From: Oculatellaceae cyanobacterium bins.114 | Lineage (GTDB): Bacteria; Cyanobacteriota; Cyanobacteriia; Elainellales; Elainellaceae | Direction of reading: 5' to 3' | Assembly: GCA_033764315.1 (NCBI GenBank) | Contig: JANRJA010000046.1 | Location: forward strand, 1-32,593 | Length of the DNA: 32,593 nucleotides | Shown: in pieces, positions 17,619-26,683 of the stretch | How positions within the stretch are numbered: position 1 is the first letter of the stretch | Layout: each line of letters opens with the position of its first letter | Translations under genes and position numbers: made by a program | Notes under the pieces: model-generated | The model's database searches: none | What the model was told of the DNA's origin: nothing | The model's input: the letters and a program-made list of their open reading frames with translations, nothing else

Positions 17619-19268
17619 TTATCCGTCAATGACAAACTCTAGGGCAGAGCTGTGACCAAATCGGAGCTGAGTTTTAGAGAGCAGGGGCACCTCTTGATGA
17701 TGCACGCGATGCCATCCATCCTGCATTAAAACAAGCGTCCCAAAACGGGAATAGTCTTTCAGGAAATACGTGTGTTGTCCATCAGCACTGGTAAACGAGT
17801 CGCGATAGAAAATTTCAGCGTGAACGCGCGAAACCCCAGGTTCTCGAATCACCAGATCATTGCCTTCACGACTGCCCACTCGCATAATGCCGCCGTGCAC
17901 CTGCCAAGTGCGACTCGGTGAGGTGAGCGATCGCAAGAAAGCCGTTGGAGTTTTGCGCCCAATCCAACTAGGAGAATTTTCAGGGATCTCTGTCACCCCT
18001 TCTGTCATTGGTTTGACCAACTCTCCATTAAATTCAGGATGCATGTAGAGGACAGGCAATGTCCAGGCAGGTTGGTTGAATTTGTAGAGGGTGAGCAAAT
18101 GTTGACGCGCGATCGCCACAGCCTGATCAATCGGGGCACGCTCTGACAACGCCTGAGTAAATTCACGAATAAAACTCAATGCCTCTTGATCGGCGATCGA
18201 GTCTCGCATCCCCAACACCGCTGGCACTCCGTGGTGAATCAACACTTCTGCCAGACTACTACGAGGAATAGCGCGATCGCCATCGTGATCAGGTTGTGCC
18301 CCCCAGCAGGTATTAAACACAGCTAGCTTGACCTGACATCGGGTCAGGACTTGAGCCAATTCTGTGCCATTGAGTGGCGCATTAGGTCTCACAAATAATA
18401 AGCCGCCATCTGGCGCAGGAACGCCATGCCCCGAATAAAACAAAACGTTGTAACTGCCACTTTCCAGTTCATCAATCAACTCTCCAGGAGTGGGTTGCAC
18501 CAGAGTTTTGACCTGGCAGGGAACCGGACTAGAAAAGGCATTTCCTGAGTTAGCATCTGCTGCTGCTTCTAACAGATCTGCCAACATTTTGGCTTCCTGT
18601 TCCAGCTTCAGCAATTTGTCCCCTGTGGGAGTCGCCGCTGGATCATAAACATCCATTTCTTCGTCTTGCCCTAAGACCAACAAGATTTGTAAGGAGTGCT
18701 CAACGCGCAACAAGGGCAGTGCATCAACGTCACTAGTCGTTCGACTAAATAGGAGTTGTTGACTGAGGGAGACAGCCTGCTTCCCCGGTTGGGGTTGCAT
18801 AATCTCCCAGGGAACAGAAATTAAATCTGGATCGCGCACCTCTAACCGAATTCGCAGCGGTTTGCCCTGACCGATGGCAATCCCCTGACTCCGCTCTAAA
18901 CTAATTTGAATGGGGCTTTCGTCAAACAACCAATGCCACAAGTTGACCCCTAAGTTCTGCATCAACAAACCTGTTTTACTGGTCGGTTGCCCCAAGGGTG
19001 GCGTCGCCGGATCAGGAGGCGAGGTAATGGGGCTAATCACCGGTGGAGAGGTACGGGGAAATCGAGGTACGGGCGGCAGACTTCGTATCGAAAACATATT
19101 TTGCCAGTTGTGCCAGGCTTCCGTCAGCAACTGAGTCCAACGGCGATCATGGTGAACATATCCCCCTGGATAAGGAGCTTGTAACACCCAAATCGCATAA
19201 TGATCTGGCTCAGCAGCCGTTAAAGGAGCGATCGCCAGACTTAAGCAAGGACTTTCAGGCAAAAACAT
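17619..19268 (-). CDS. CHAT (caspase/HetF-like) protease with C-terminal FHA domain
   Basis: LISVPWEIM, LFYSGHG (catalytic His), AVFNTCWG (catalytic Cys), GVPAVLGMR...IAD, WTLPVLY. FHA: VGSR...VSRVHAEI...LKDYSRFGT. ATG at 19268 preferred over the ORF-track start at 19292. Confidence 0.88.
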   Translation of the reverse strand: MFLPESPCLSLAIAPLTAAEPDHYAIWVLQAPYPGGYVHHDRRWTQLLTEAWHNWQNMFSIRSLPPVPRFPRTSPPVISPITSPPDPATPPLGQPTSKTGLLMQNLGVNLWHWLFDESPIQISLERSQGIAIGQGKPLRIRLEVRDPDLISVPWEIMQPQPGKQAVSLSQQLLFSRTTSDVDALPLLRVEHSLQILLVLGQDEEMDVYDPAATPTGDKLLKLEQEAKMLADLLEAAADANSGNAFSSPVPCQVKTLVQPTPGELIDELESGSYNVLFYSGHGVPAPDGGLLFVRPNAPLNGTELAQVLTRCQVKLAVFNTCWGAQPDHDGDRAIPRSSLAEVLIHHGVPAVLGMRDSIADQEALSFIREFTQALSERAPIDQAVAIARQHLLTLYKFNQPAWTLPVLYMHPEFNGELVKPMTEGVTEIPENSPSWIGRKTPTAFLRSLTSPSRTWQVHGGIMRVGSREGNDLVIREPGVSRVHAEIFYRDSFTSADGQHTYFLKDYSRFGTLVLMQDGWHRVHHQEVPLLSKTQLRFGHSSALEFVIDG

Positions 19269-19382
19269 GTAAAAAGATAATTTAAAACCCAAATACGATC
19301 AGTTTTTTACCAGTCTATACGGTATCGGGATGCAGGAGAACGAAGGCATAGACTAACTCCAAGGATGAGATCAGATAAAACC

Positions 19383-21839
19383 TTATGAGACAGCTGGCTC
19401 AGAGGTCACCGGAATGGTTGGTCCACCACAGACACCCCGCTCTTGAGGAGTCAGTGTGAGCTTAGGACTCACTAGACGTAATACTTCGGTTTCTTGAATC
19501 CAGCCAGTACCTCCAGGTTGCAACGGCTGGGGAGAGGGCACTGCTGCCGGATTGGGAGAGGGAGGTTCTAGCCCAGTGCCAGTTCCATTAGCAGGAGTTC
19601 CCGTCGGTTGAACAGGGACAGGGGTCACAGGCAAATTGACAAAATTGGAAAAAGCCGGAGAGGGCTCAGGGGCAATAACCGCATTGTCTGGGGTTGAACA
19701 CACTTTCAGTTCTACCCATCGTTCTTGGGGGTTAGTTGCACTGCCTCCTATCACTTGCACAATGCTACCCGACAGCACTGAACTAGCACTGACAATTGGC
19801 GGCTGCAACCCACCTGGTTTAGACAACACAATCATAGTCCCTTGATCTAGGGAACCAGAGGCGGACGGAGGATTGATTTGGAAAAATGAGCCAATGGCTA
19901 ACGGAGTCGATGGGGTAATAGGGGTAGATGATGTCGTAGGGCTAGGTGATGTAGTGGGGCTAGACGATGGGGCAGCCAACGGATTTAATCCAACCAGGCT
20001 ATCTATCCAACCTCGAAACGATAGATTGAGAGCATAGGCTAGCAGGCCGCCGCCACCAATGAGTAAGAGAATACCCAACAGCAACGGAAATACATGAAAT
20101 TTTTTAGTCTGACGAGTCGGTAATACTTGAGTTTTGGCGATCGCTGGAGCCGCTACATTAGAGCTATCCGGAATCATCGTCGTAGCCTCAGAGCCAGTTA
20201 GAGGCAGAGACTTAACTAGTGCTGGTGGTGTGTCTCGGGCTGACTGATTGGCAACTACCTGAATGTGAAATAGCCCCACTGTTACGTTATCGTGCCCATT
20301 CCGGGTGTTGGCCAGGTTAACCAATTGTTGGCTCACCGCACCGACCTCGGCTTTAGCATCTAACAAAGGCAATAGCGTCGTGTCCCAGTTTTCTTCAACG
20401 CGATCATTATCGCTTAACCCATCAGAGCACAACAAGAAGACAGTGTCTTCATCCAAAACAAAACGCTGAACCGTAGGATGCAAAACTGCAGAGGAACCCA
20501 TCCCCAAAGCTTGCACTAGAGAGCCGGCACTGGGCTGCTGCAACGCCTCTCGATAGGAACTGTAACCCAGCCGCACTTCTCGTGAGGCCACATCATCATC
20601 TTGAGTCACTTGACGGCATCCGTAGTGATTGATCCAATAGGCACGGCTATCCCCTACATGGATAATGTAAAGCTCATGGGCACGCACCAACCCCATGACT
20701 AACGTAGTGCCCATCCGCTGTCGATCAAACCGCTGTTCACTGTCATTGCGTTGGCTAATTAGATCATTTGCGACACATACTGCTTTCTCCAGTGCTAGTG
20801 TCAGCGATGAAGCATCTAAGGTCTCCAGAGCAAGGGCTTGCACCTGCTGCCGCACCGCCTGAATCGCCAGATTCGATGCTACATCACCCCCTTGATGTCC
20901 ACCAATGCCATCACACACAATAACGAGGACATTATCTAAAGCAGATTGAAGCGTATGAGTCGTGACAGTGCCACCAGGAGGATAACAGGCATCTTCGTTA
21001 CGTTGCCGACTGGGTCCTTGGTCGGTGCGGGTCGCTATATGAATTTGGTAGGAGAGCGATCGCCCCACTTGAGTGAGTAGCCCATCTAGTTGTCCGATCA
21101 ACTGTTCCGCATTGCGAATTTGCCCCTGTATTAATTGTTGGCAAACCTGAGTTAACCCTTTGACAATCTCAGGTCGAGCCTGACTGACCCATGTTGACCA
21201 CAGCTGACCTAACTGAGCTAGAGTCAACGTTTCCGCTTTGTCTGATTTGTCTGACCGCAGCTCTAGTAACCGCAGTAGTGCCCCCTCAACGCGCACAAGC
21301 TCTGGAGCCAACACACTAGAGACAGCCTGTTGACTAGCCAGTGGGTGCCAGAGATGGGCAATCTGCCAAAGCCAGTTAAGTTGTCGAATGGCGGGTGCTT
21401 CTTGCCAAACGTCGGTTAAGGCAGGTAACAACTGTGGCTCAACCACTTCAGCGGTCGGCTGAGATGCACCATCTAACACCAAACCAGAGCTATCAAACGC
21501 CGCCTGATCGAGCAAAACCAACGGAGAGGAATTTGCCAGAGCCACTACATCATAGATTTGAGGCACATGGATTCGGTAGGGAGATAACCTCAGATAGGCT
21601 ACAAATTCTGATGGGATCTCCGTTGGAGCAGCGGAATAAAGACCGGGCTTAGTATCTAAAAAAAGTCGAGGGCTTTTACATAGATAGCGATCGCCCAATA
21701 TTTCTCCAGAACGAAATCGCCCAACCCCCTCACCCACCGCCCATAAATAGTGGTGCGGCAACAGAGTGCGACACTTCTGGCAGAATTTATAGCTCTCTGG
21801 ATTAGGGGTTTGACAGGTGTAGTTAGGGCAATAAAGCAT
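19383..21839 (-). CDS. PP2C/PPM Ser/Thr phosphatase with N-terminal Zn ribbon and kinase-like region, TM helix and Pro-rich extracytoplasmic tail (PrpJ-like architecture)
   Basis: CPNYTC...CQKC; PP2C motifs RQRNEDA, VCDGIGGH, MGTT, HVGDSRAY, LLCSDGLSD, GHDNVT; TM FPLLLGILLLIGGGGLLAYAL. Confidence 0.9.
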   Translation of the reverse strand: MLYCPNYTCQTPNPESYKFCQKCRTLLPHHYLWAVGEGVGRFRSGEILGDRYLCKSPRLFLDTKPGLYSAAPTEIPSEFVAYLRLSPYRIHVPQIYDVVALANSSPLVLLDQAAFDSSGLVLDGASQPTAEVVEPQLLPALTDVWQEAPAIRQLNWLWQIAHLWHPLASQQAVSSVLAPELVRVEGALLRLLELRSDKSDKAETLTLAQLGQLWSTWVSQARPEIVKGLTQVCQQLIQGQIRNAEQLIGQLDGLLTQVGRSLSYQIHIATRTDQGPSRQRNEDACYPPGGTVTTHTLQSALDNVLVIVCDGIGGHQGGDVASNLAIQAVRQQVQALALETLDASSLTLALEKAVCVANDLISQRNDSEQRFDRQRMGTTLVMGLVRAHELYIIHVGDSRAYWINHYGCRQVTQDDDVASREVRLGYSSYREALQQPSAGSLVQALGMGSSAVLHPTVQRFVLDEDTVFLLCSDGLSDNDRVEENWDTTLLPLLDAKAEVGAVSQQLVNLANTRNGHDNVTVGLFHIQVVANQSARDTPPALVKSLPLTGSEATTMIPDSSNVAAPAIAKTQVLPTRQTKKFHVFPLLLGILLLIGGGGLLAYALNLSFRGWIDSLVGLNPLAAPSSSPTTSPSPTTSSTPITPSTPLAIGSFFQINPPSASGSLDQGTMIVLSKPGGLQPPIVSASSVLSGSIVQVIGGSATNPQERWVELKVCSTPDNAVIAPEPSPAFSNFVNLPVTPVPVQPTGTPANGTGTGLEPPSPNPAAVPSPQPLQPGGTGWIQETEVLRLVSPKLTLTPQERGVCGGPTIPVTSEPAVS

Positions 21840-21964
21840 GTCCGCAGAAGTTTCAGTGCCGGGGACTAGAACGGTTTTACCAGGATATCTTAGACTTCTC
21901 CAGCCTGCGAGAGTTATAAGATTTGAGTTACAAGTTCGCCGCCACTCAACCCCGATTCACTTCC

Positions 21965-22312
21965 TCAAAACACGTTGCCCTCAGCCGCCACTCTGGGTAA
22001 TCCAAGGCTATAGTTGCGAACTCGGCTTTGCAGGTTGTATGAGAGGGTGCCTGCTTGTAAGAGCGATCGCACAAAGTGTTCTAAATCAGAACCGATCCGC
22101 CGCATATTATAGTCTGTCAGATCAGCTCCTTCATAAGCCTCAACCAGCACATCAAACTTGCGATAGACCTGCTGAAGTGCCGCATCATTCCAAATCAACT
22201 CGTTGTCGGGGTCAACATCGAGTGTCAATTTATCAGCACTAGCAACCAATTCGTCGTTCTCAACCTCAGCAGTAAAAATGCGAATGTGACGAGTTGTAGA
22301 CTTCAGTAGCAT
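21965..22312 (-). CDS. ndhM: NAD(P)H-quinone oxidoreductase subunit M (NDH-1)
   Basis: [16 protein letters not shown]...TLDVDPDNE...[25 protein letters not shown]...NYSLGLPRV. Confidence 0.93.
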   Translation of the reverse strand: MLLKSTTRHIRIFTAEVENDELVASADKLTLDVDPDNELIWNDAALQQVYRKFDVLVEAYEGADLTDYNMRRIGSDLEHFVRSLLQAGTLSYNLQSRVRNYSLGLPRVAAEGNVF

Positions 22313-22533
22313 AGATATGGAGCTGAATTAGGGTGCAATACCGTTATTCTACAAGGTTTAAGTTGACCCTCACCCTCAACTCCCATGAGAATTCACAGCG
22401 CGATCGCTCATAAATTTCAATGGAACCGATTGATTCATTCCCCATTTCGCCAGACCGGGGAACTAAAATGACGATAAGTACGTCACCCTGGTAAATCAGT
22501 GGGTGATCGATCTGCCAACCAAAGGAATTTTGC

Positions 22534-23313
22534 ATGAGCAACTATAAATTTGGAGAGCGGCACGACCTTGAAGAAAGACTTGCGCTTTTAGAACAGCAGC
22601 TTCCCCAACATCGCTCAGGAGGTGGCTTTTTTAGAAAGCTATTTTTGATGCTGGCTGGGGGGCTAGCGGTGGCAGGGCTATTTGTCGGAATCGGTGTTTG
22701 GCGTGCAGGCGACCAATTTATCAACACAATCCAAACAGCATTTCTGCCACCCCAACCAGAACCTCAAGTCGATGTCGAGTCTATTGTCGTTGAGCAAGTG
22801 CGGGGGGTCAGTGAGTTGACAACCGCCGTTTTTGTGATGCAAGCCGTCGTTCCTACCAGCCGCGATCGCACTTTTGGGGGATATGTCGTGGGCAAAACCA
22901 CATTGCTCTATGTGGCATATGGTGAGGTGCGGGCTGGGGTTGACCTATCCAAAGTTCAGCCTGGAGATGTGCAAATCACAGCCGATACCGTCTACTTGCG
23001 CCTACCCCCTCCACAAATTCTAGACAGTAAGATCGATGTCACCCGATCGAGGGTCTACGACTACGATCGCGGTTTTCTAGGGTTAGGCCCCGACGCCGCC
23101 CCAGAGTTGCAAGACCGGGCTCAGCGCGAAACTTTGAACGAAATCGTAGCGGCGGCTTGCTCTGAGGGGGTATTGCAGGAGGCCAGCGATCGCGCCAAGC
23201 TAGTGGTCACTCAACTGCTAAATACCGCTGGATATCGCAACATTACGATTGAAACTCAGCCTCCTATCGCGAATAACTGCCCTACGGCTCCTACAACTTC
23301 TACGACTGAATAG
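22534..23313 (+). CDS. DUF4230 family membrane-anchored protein
   Basis: N-terminal TM; SELTTA...LLYVAYGEVRAGVDLS...LRLPPPQILDSKID...ILQEA-type region. Confidence 0.8.
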   Translation: MSNYKFGERHDLEERLALLEQQLPQHRSGGGFFRKLFLMLAGGLAVAGLFVGIGVWRAGDQFINTIQTAFLPPQPEPQVDVESIVVEQVRGVSELTTAVFVMQAVVPTSRDRTFGGYVVGKTTLLYVAYGEVRAGVDLSKVQPGDVQITADTVYLRLPPPQILDSKIDVTRSRVYDYDRGFLGLGPDAAPELQDRAQRETLNEIVAAACSEGVLQEASDRAKLVVTQLLNTAGYRNITIETQPPIANNCPTAPTTSTTE

Positions 23314-23708
23314 CGATGAGAGGAACCAGTTAACATAAAATGCTTTTAAGTGATTCAAAATACATCTCAATCTCAATCCCTTTCACCAAGAACTAAATTT
23401 ATTTAAAACCTCATTTCAAATTCAAATTAATTCCTGTAATTCTAGTTAGCAATATTAAAGTAGATTCTGGGTTGACATGATTGAGATAAATTGCGATCGC
23501 ACTCAAATTTGAGGCTAAAACGCAATTATACAAACGGTTTCAGTATTTACCTCAGTGAAGGTTTAGATATTTTCCTTAGCATAAATACGATGTCGTCGCC
23601 TTAAATTAAGCTCAGATAATTTTAAAGAAATGATGATTGTTTTTGAGTATGAATAGGGCAACATAGCCCTAATTGAATTGCAGTTAGTCAATAGCGGGAG
23701 AAATCGTC

Positions 23709-26312
23709 ATGGCGAGAGCTCAACAGGGAAACACACTGCGGACGGCAAGGACTACGGTGGTCGGTCCGACAGCCAGAACATTACGAGGAGCTCTTTCTGC
23801 CACAGATGGCAATGACTTTTGGAAGTTTACTCTGGCGGTTCGTAGCACCTTTAACCTCAATCTAACCGGCATTGGCAGAACGGCGAATGCAGATGCCTTG
23901 CTGCTTAACAGTCGAGGAGGCACCATTCGGGCGTTAAGAAGCCCTAAAAACCGACCAGAGCGGCTCTCCAACCTATCCCTTGACCCTGGCACTTATTACG
24001 TTCGAGTCCAACGCCGCACTGGCACAACCCGATATGCCCTCAGTTTGGCGGCCTCTCCGATCTCTACTCCGACTCCGACTCCAACCCCCGGTGTGACTCC
24101 GACTCCAACTCCTGGGGTCACTCCGACTCCTAGCCCTACTGATAATGGGGGCAACTCATTTGCCGCATCCTCAGCCTTAGTACCGGGCATTGTTCCAGCC
24201 GTTGACTTTAACACCCGCAGCCTCACCGATTTTGTCGGAGATGTTGATCCACAAGACATCTTTAGCTTTAGCCCCACCACCGCTGGCAATTTGTCATTGC
24301 AATTGACCGGGTTAACTGCCGATGCCAGTATTCAGCTATTTGATGCCAACCAGAGCTTGATTGCCTCCGGGGATGCCAACGACAGCCTATTGCAAAACAT
24401 TGCACAACCCGGCGGCACTTATTACATTCGAGTTTTCCAAGCAGCAGCAGGTAACAACACCAACTACACTCTTAACTTGGCGTTGACCCCAATCGATACC
24501 GTTGGCGATACGGCGGCAGCAGCAACCGTGATTAACGATTTGGTCGCCACAACACCGCCCGCCGCCCGTCAACCAACAGCCGTTCGCACTGAGTTTGTCA
24601 GCGGCAGTGATATCGATTTTTATCGCTTTGACTTAACCGCTCAAAACTTTGTCGGCATTGACTTGTTGAACCAGAGTGGCAATGCTGATCTGGAACTCTA
24701 TAAAGACAATGCGGGTACACCCACTTTATTGTTGAGTTCAACACGGGGGGTAGGTGCTCCTGAGCAAATCGGTGGAACTCTAAGCGCAGGCACTTACTAC
24801 ATTCGAGTAGCCGCCGGAGCAGGCGCAACAGGGTCTCCCTACAGCTTCACCATGTATGCTGAATCAACTTTGGGACTCCCCACTATTACTCGTGACATTG
24901 CCTTTGGCGCAACGGGTGGGCAGGCCAGTTCACAACCCCGTGACATCACAAATGTGAGTGGTACGGTCTACTTTGCAGCCAACGAACCTGGAATCGGTGC
25001 GGGTCTGTGGAGAAGCACCGGGGGAACAGCAGGGGGCAACTTAGATCAGACGGTTAAAATTCGTAACTTTAGTAGCCTTTCTAACTTTGTTGCTGCTGGA
25101 AACAACCTTTATTTCGTAGCCGATGATGGGCAGAGTGGTACGGAACTCTGGAAGTATGACGGTAATACTGCCATTCAGTTGACTAACAACCCTGGAAGTG
25201 CCTTTGTCACCAACCTCACGGCTGTTGGCGATTTCCTCTACTTCACCCTGTCTGATGTGAATGCACTCACCGATCAACGATTGTGGCGCAGCAACGGGAC
25301 AGCCGTCGGAACAGCCGAAGTTGGAGATCCAAATACAGCGATCGCTGAGGCGGGAGTACTTCCCAATAATCTGGTTGCCGTTGGCAATGATCTGTATTAC
25401 GCCGCCACTGACTCAGCGACAGTTAATAACAAGGGCAGAGAGGTCTGGAAGATTACTGGTGCGGGTACAAACACCCCTGGCACAGCCGCGATTGTGCTTG
25501 ATCTAGAACCGGGTTCTAGCGGTTCTGCTCCAACTCGCCTAACTGCGATCGGCACGAATCTCTTCTTTGTCGCTGAAACAATTGGAGATAGCGTTGGTAC
25601 AGAATTGCGCCGACTTGACAGCAATGGCACCCTCACAACCTTTGATGTCAGCGCAGTCAATGATCCGTTTGGGGATTCTGTAAACCCGATCGCGACTGCC
25701 CCCCTCGTCTGGAACATTGTAGAAATGGGTGGCAATGTCTACTTCGCCGCCGATGGTGGAGACGCCAAAGGTGAAGAGTTGTGGCGAGTGCCTGTGAATG
25801 GAGCTGCTGGCAGTGGAACTCGTGTCACTGATATCCGGTTAAATACGGGTAGCTCTAACCCCCGTAACCTGACGGTGCTCAACAATAAGCTGTTCTTCTT
25901 GGCAGATGATGGCACGAACGGGGTTGAGTTGTATGTGTATGATGGTACGACCACAACCTTGCTCACGGGAGGTCGCCCAGCCGATGCCCCTGATATTCAA
26001 GAACTGACCACATCAGGCACCAACCTCTACTTCACGATGGGGTCTGGAAGCGGTAACTCGGCAACGGGTCGAGAACTGTGGGTCAGCGATGGCACGGTCG
26101 TTGGAACTGAGATCGTCTTTGATATTCGGCCTGGTGGGACGGTTAACCCTGGTACGCCAGGTGATCCTACTGCGGATCCACCGATTCCGCCTACCCCTCA
26201 AACGTTTACAGCTAACACCTCTAACCCAACTGATTTGACCGATGCTAGCGGCAGATTATTCTTTGCAGCAGACAACGGACTGAATGGGGTGGAATTGTGG
26301 ACGTTGATTTAA
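23709..26312 (+). CDS. Surface/extracellular protein: three PPC-type beta-sandwich domains, PT linker, ELWxxDGT beta-propeller repeats
   Basis: Repeated D-x-Y/F-x-F...ADxxL...GTYYxRV modules. LYFVADDGQSGTELWKYDG, GRELWVSDGTVVGT, LFFAADNGLNGVELW. Confidence 0.88.
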   Translation: MARAQQGNTLRTARTTVVGPTARTLRGALSATDGNDFWKFTLAVRSTFNLNLTGIGRTANADALLLNSRGGTIRALRSPKNRPERLSNLSLDPGTYYVRVQRRTGTTRYALSLAASPISTPTPTPTPGVTPTPTPGVTPTPSPTDNGGNSFAASSALVPGIVPAVDFNTRSLTDFVGDVDPQDIFSFSPTTAGNLSLQLTGLTADASIQLFDANQSLIASGDANDSLLQNIAQPGGTYYIRVFQAAAGNNTNYTLNLALTPIDTVGDTAAAATVINDLVATTPPAARQPTAVRTEFVSGSDIDFYRFDLTAQNFVGIDLLNQSGNADLELYKDNAGTPTLLLSSTRGVGAPEQIGGTLSAGTYYIRVAAGAGATGSPYSFTMYAESTLGLPTITRDIAFGATGGQASSQPRDITNVSGTVYFAANEPGIGAGLWRSTGGTAGGNLDQTVKIRNFSSLSNFVAAGNNLYFVADDGQSGTELWKYDGNTAIQLTNNPGSAFVTNLTAVGDFLYFTLSDVNALTDQRLWRSNGTAVGTAEVGDPNTAIAEAGVLPNNLVAVGNDLYYAATDSATVNNKGREVWKITGAGTNTPGTAAIVLDLEPGSSGSAPTRLTAIGTNLFFVAETIGDSVGTELRRLDSNGTLTTFDVSAVNDPFGDSVNPIATAPLVWNIVEMGGNVYFAADGGDAKGEELWRVPVNGAAGSGTRVTDIRLNTGSSNPRNLTVLNNKLFFLADDGTNGVELYVYDGTTTTLLTGGRPADAPDIQELTTSGTNLYFTMGSGSGNSATGRELWVSDGTVVGTEIVFDIRPGGTVNPGTPGDPTADPPIPPTPQTFTANTSNPTDLTDASGRLFFAADNGLNGVELWTLI

Positions 26313-26349
26313 GCGATTGATTTTGAATGATCGATAGACCTAATGAGCC

Positions 26350-26387
26350 TCCCCTCTTCTTGTCGTTTGAGAAGGGGGGATTTTTTT
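26350..26387 (+). terminator. Rho-independent terminator
   Basis: tcccctcttct-loop-agaagggggga followed by seven T, 37 bp after the stop codon. Confidence 0.7.
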
Positions 26388-26430
26388 GAGCCACACGGTC
26401 GGGTAATACCGTTGCTATACGAGCTTGCAC

Positions 26431-26539
26431 TTATAGCAGTGTGCAAGTTGCTTGAGTACAGGGAGTGTTGGGGGCTTCGCCCTTGGCCAGGGGTGGAACC
26501 CCTACACCTCGTACTTTACCAAGTAGGGTATTGCTGTAA
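26431..26539. mobile_element. MITE-like small element with internal GC hairpins
   Basis: Imperfect terminal inverted repeats ttatagcagt...attgctgtaa, inner gtac arms, hairpins gggc-ttc-gccc and agggg-tggaa-cccct. Confidence 0.55.
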
Positions 26540-26683
26540 TTTTTTAACCTTCACTCGACCGTTATTGTGTGAAATGTCTGTAAATTTGACCGTATTAGCG
26601 ATCGCCTACCCGTTGAGTCAGTAAAACTGAATTTGTAGGTAATTTTGTCAGCAGTGAATTGTCGCAAGTTGTGAGATCTCACC

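Noticed and set aside
17619-19268. CHAT protease as a type III-E CRISPR or other anti-phage effector
   Set aside because: No TPRs, cas genes, gasdermin or other defence genes are nearby; the context is housekeeping genes with normal HIP1 density.
23709-26312. Horizontal acquisition suggested by low HIP1 density (one site seen)
   Set aside because: Small numbers counted by eye, amino-acid bias could explain it, and there are no mobility genes or clear GC shift.
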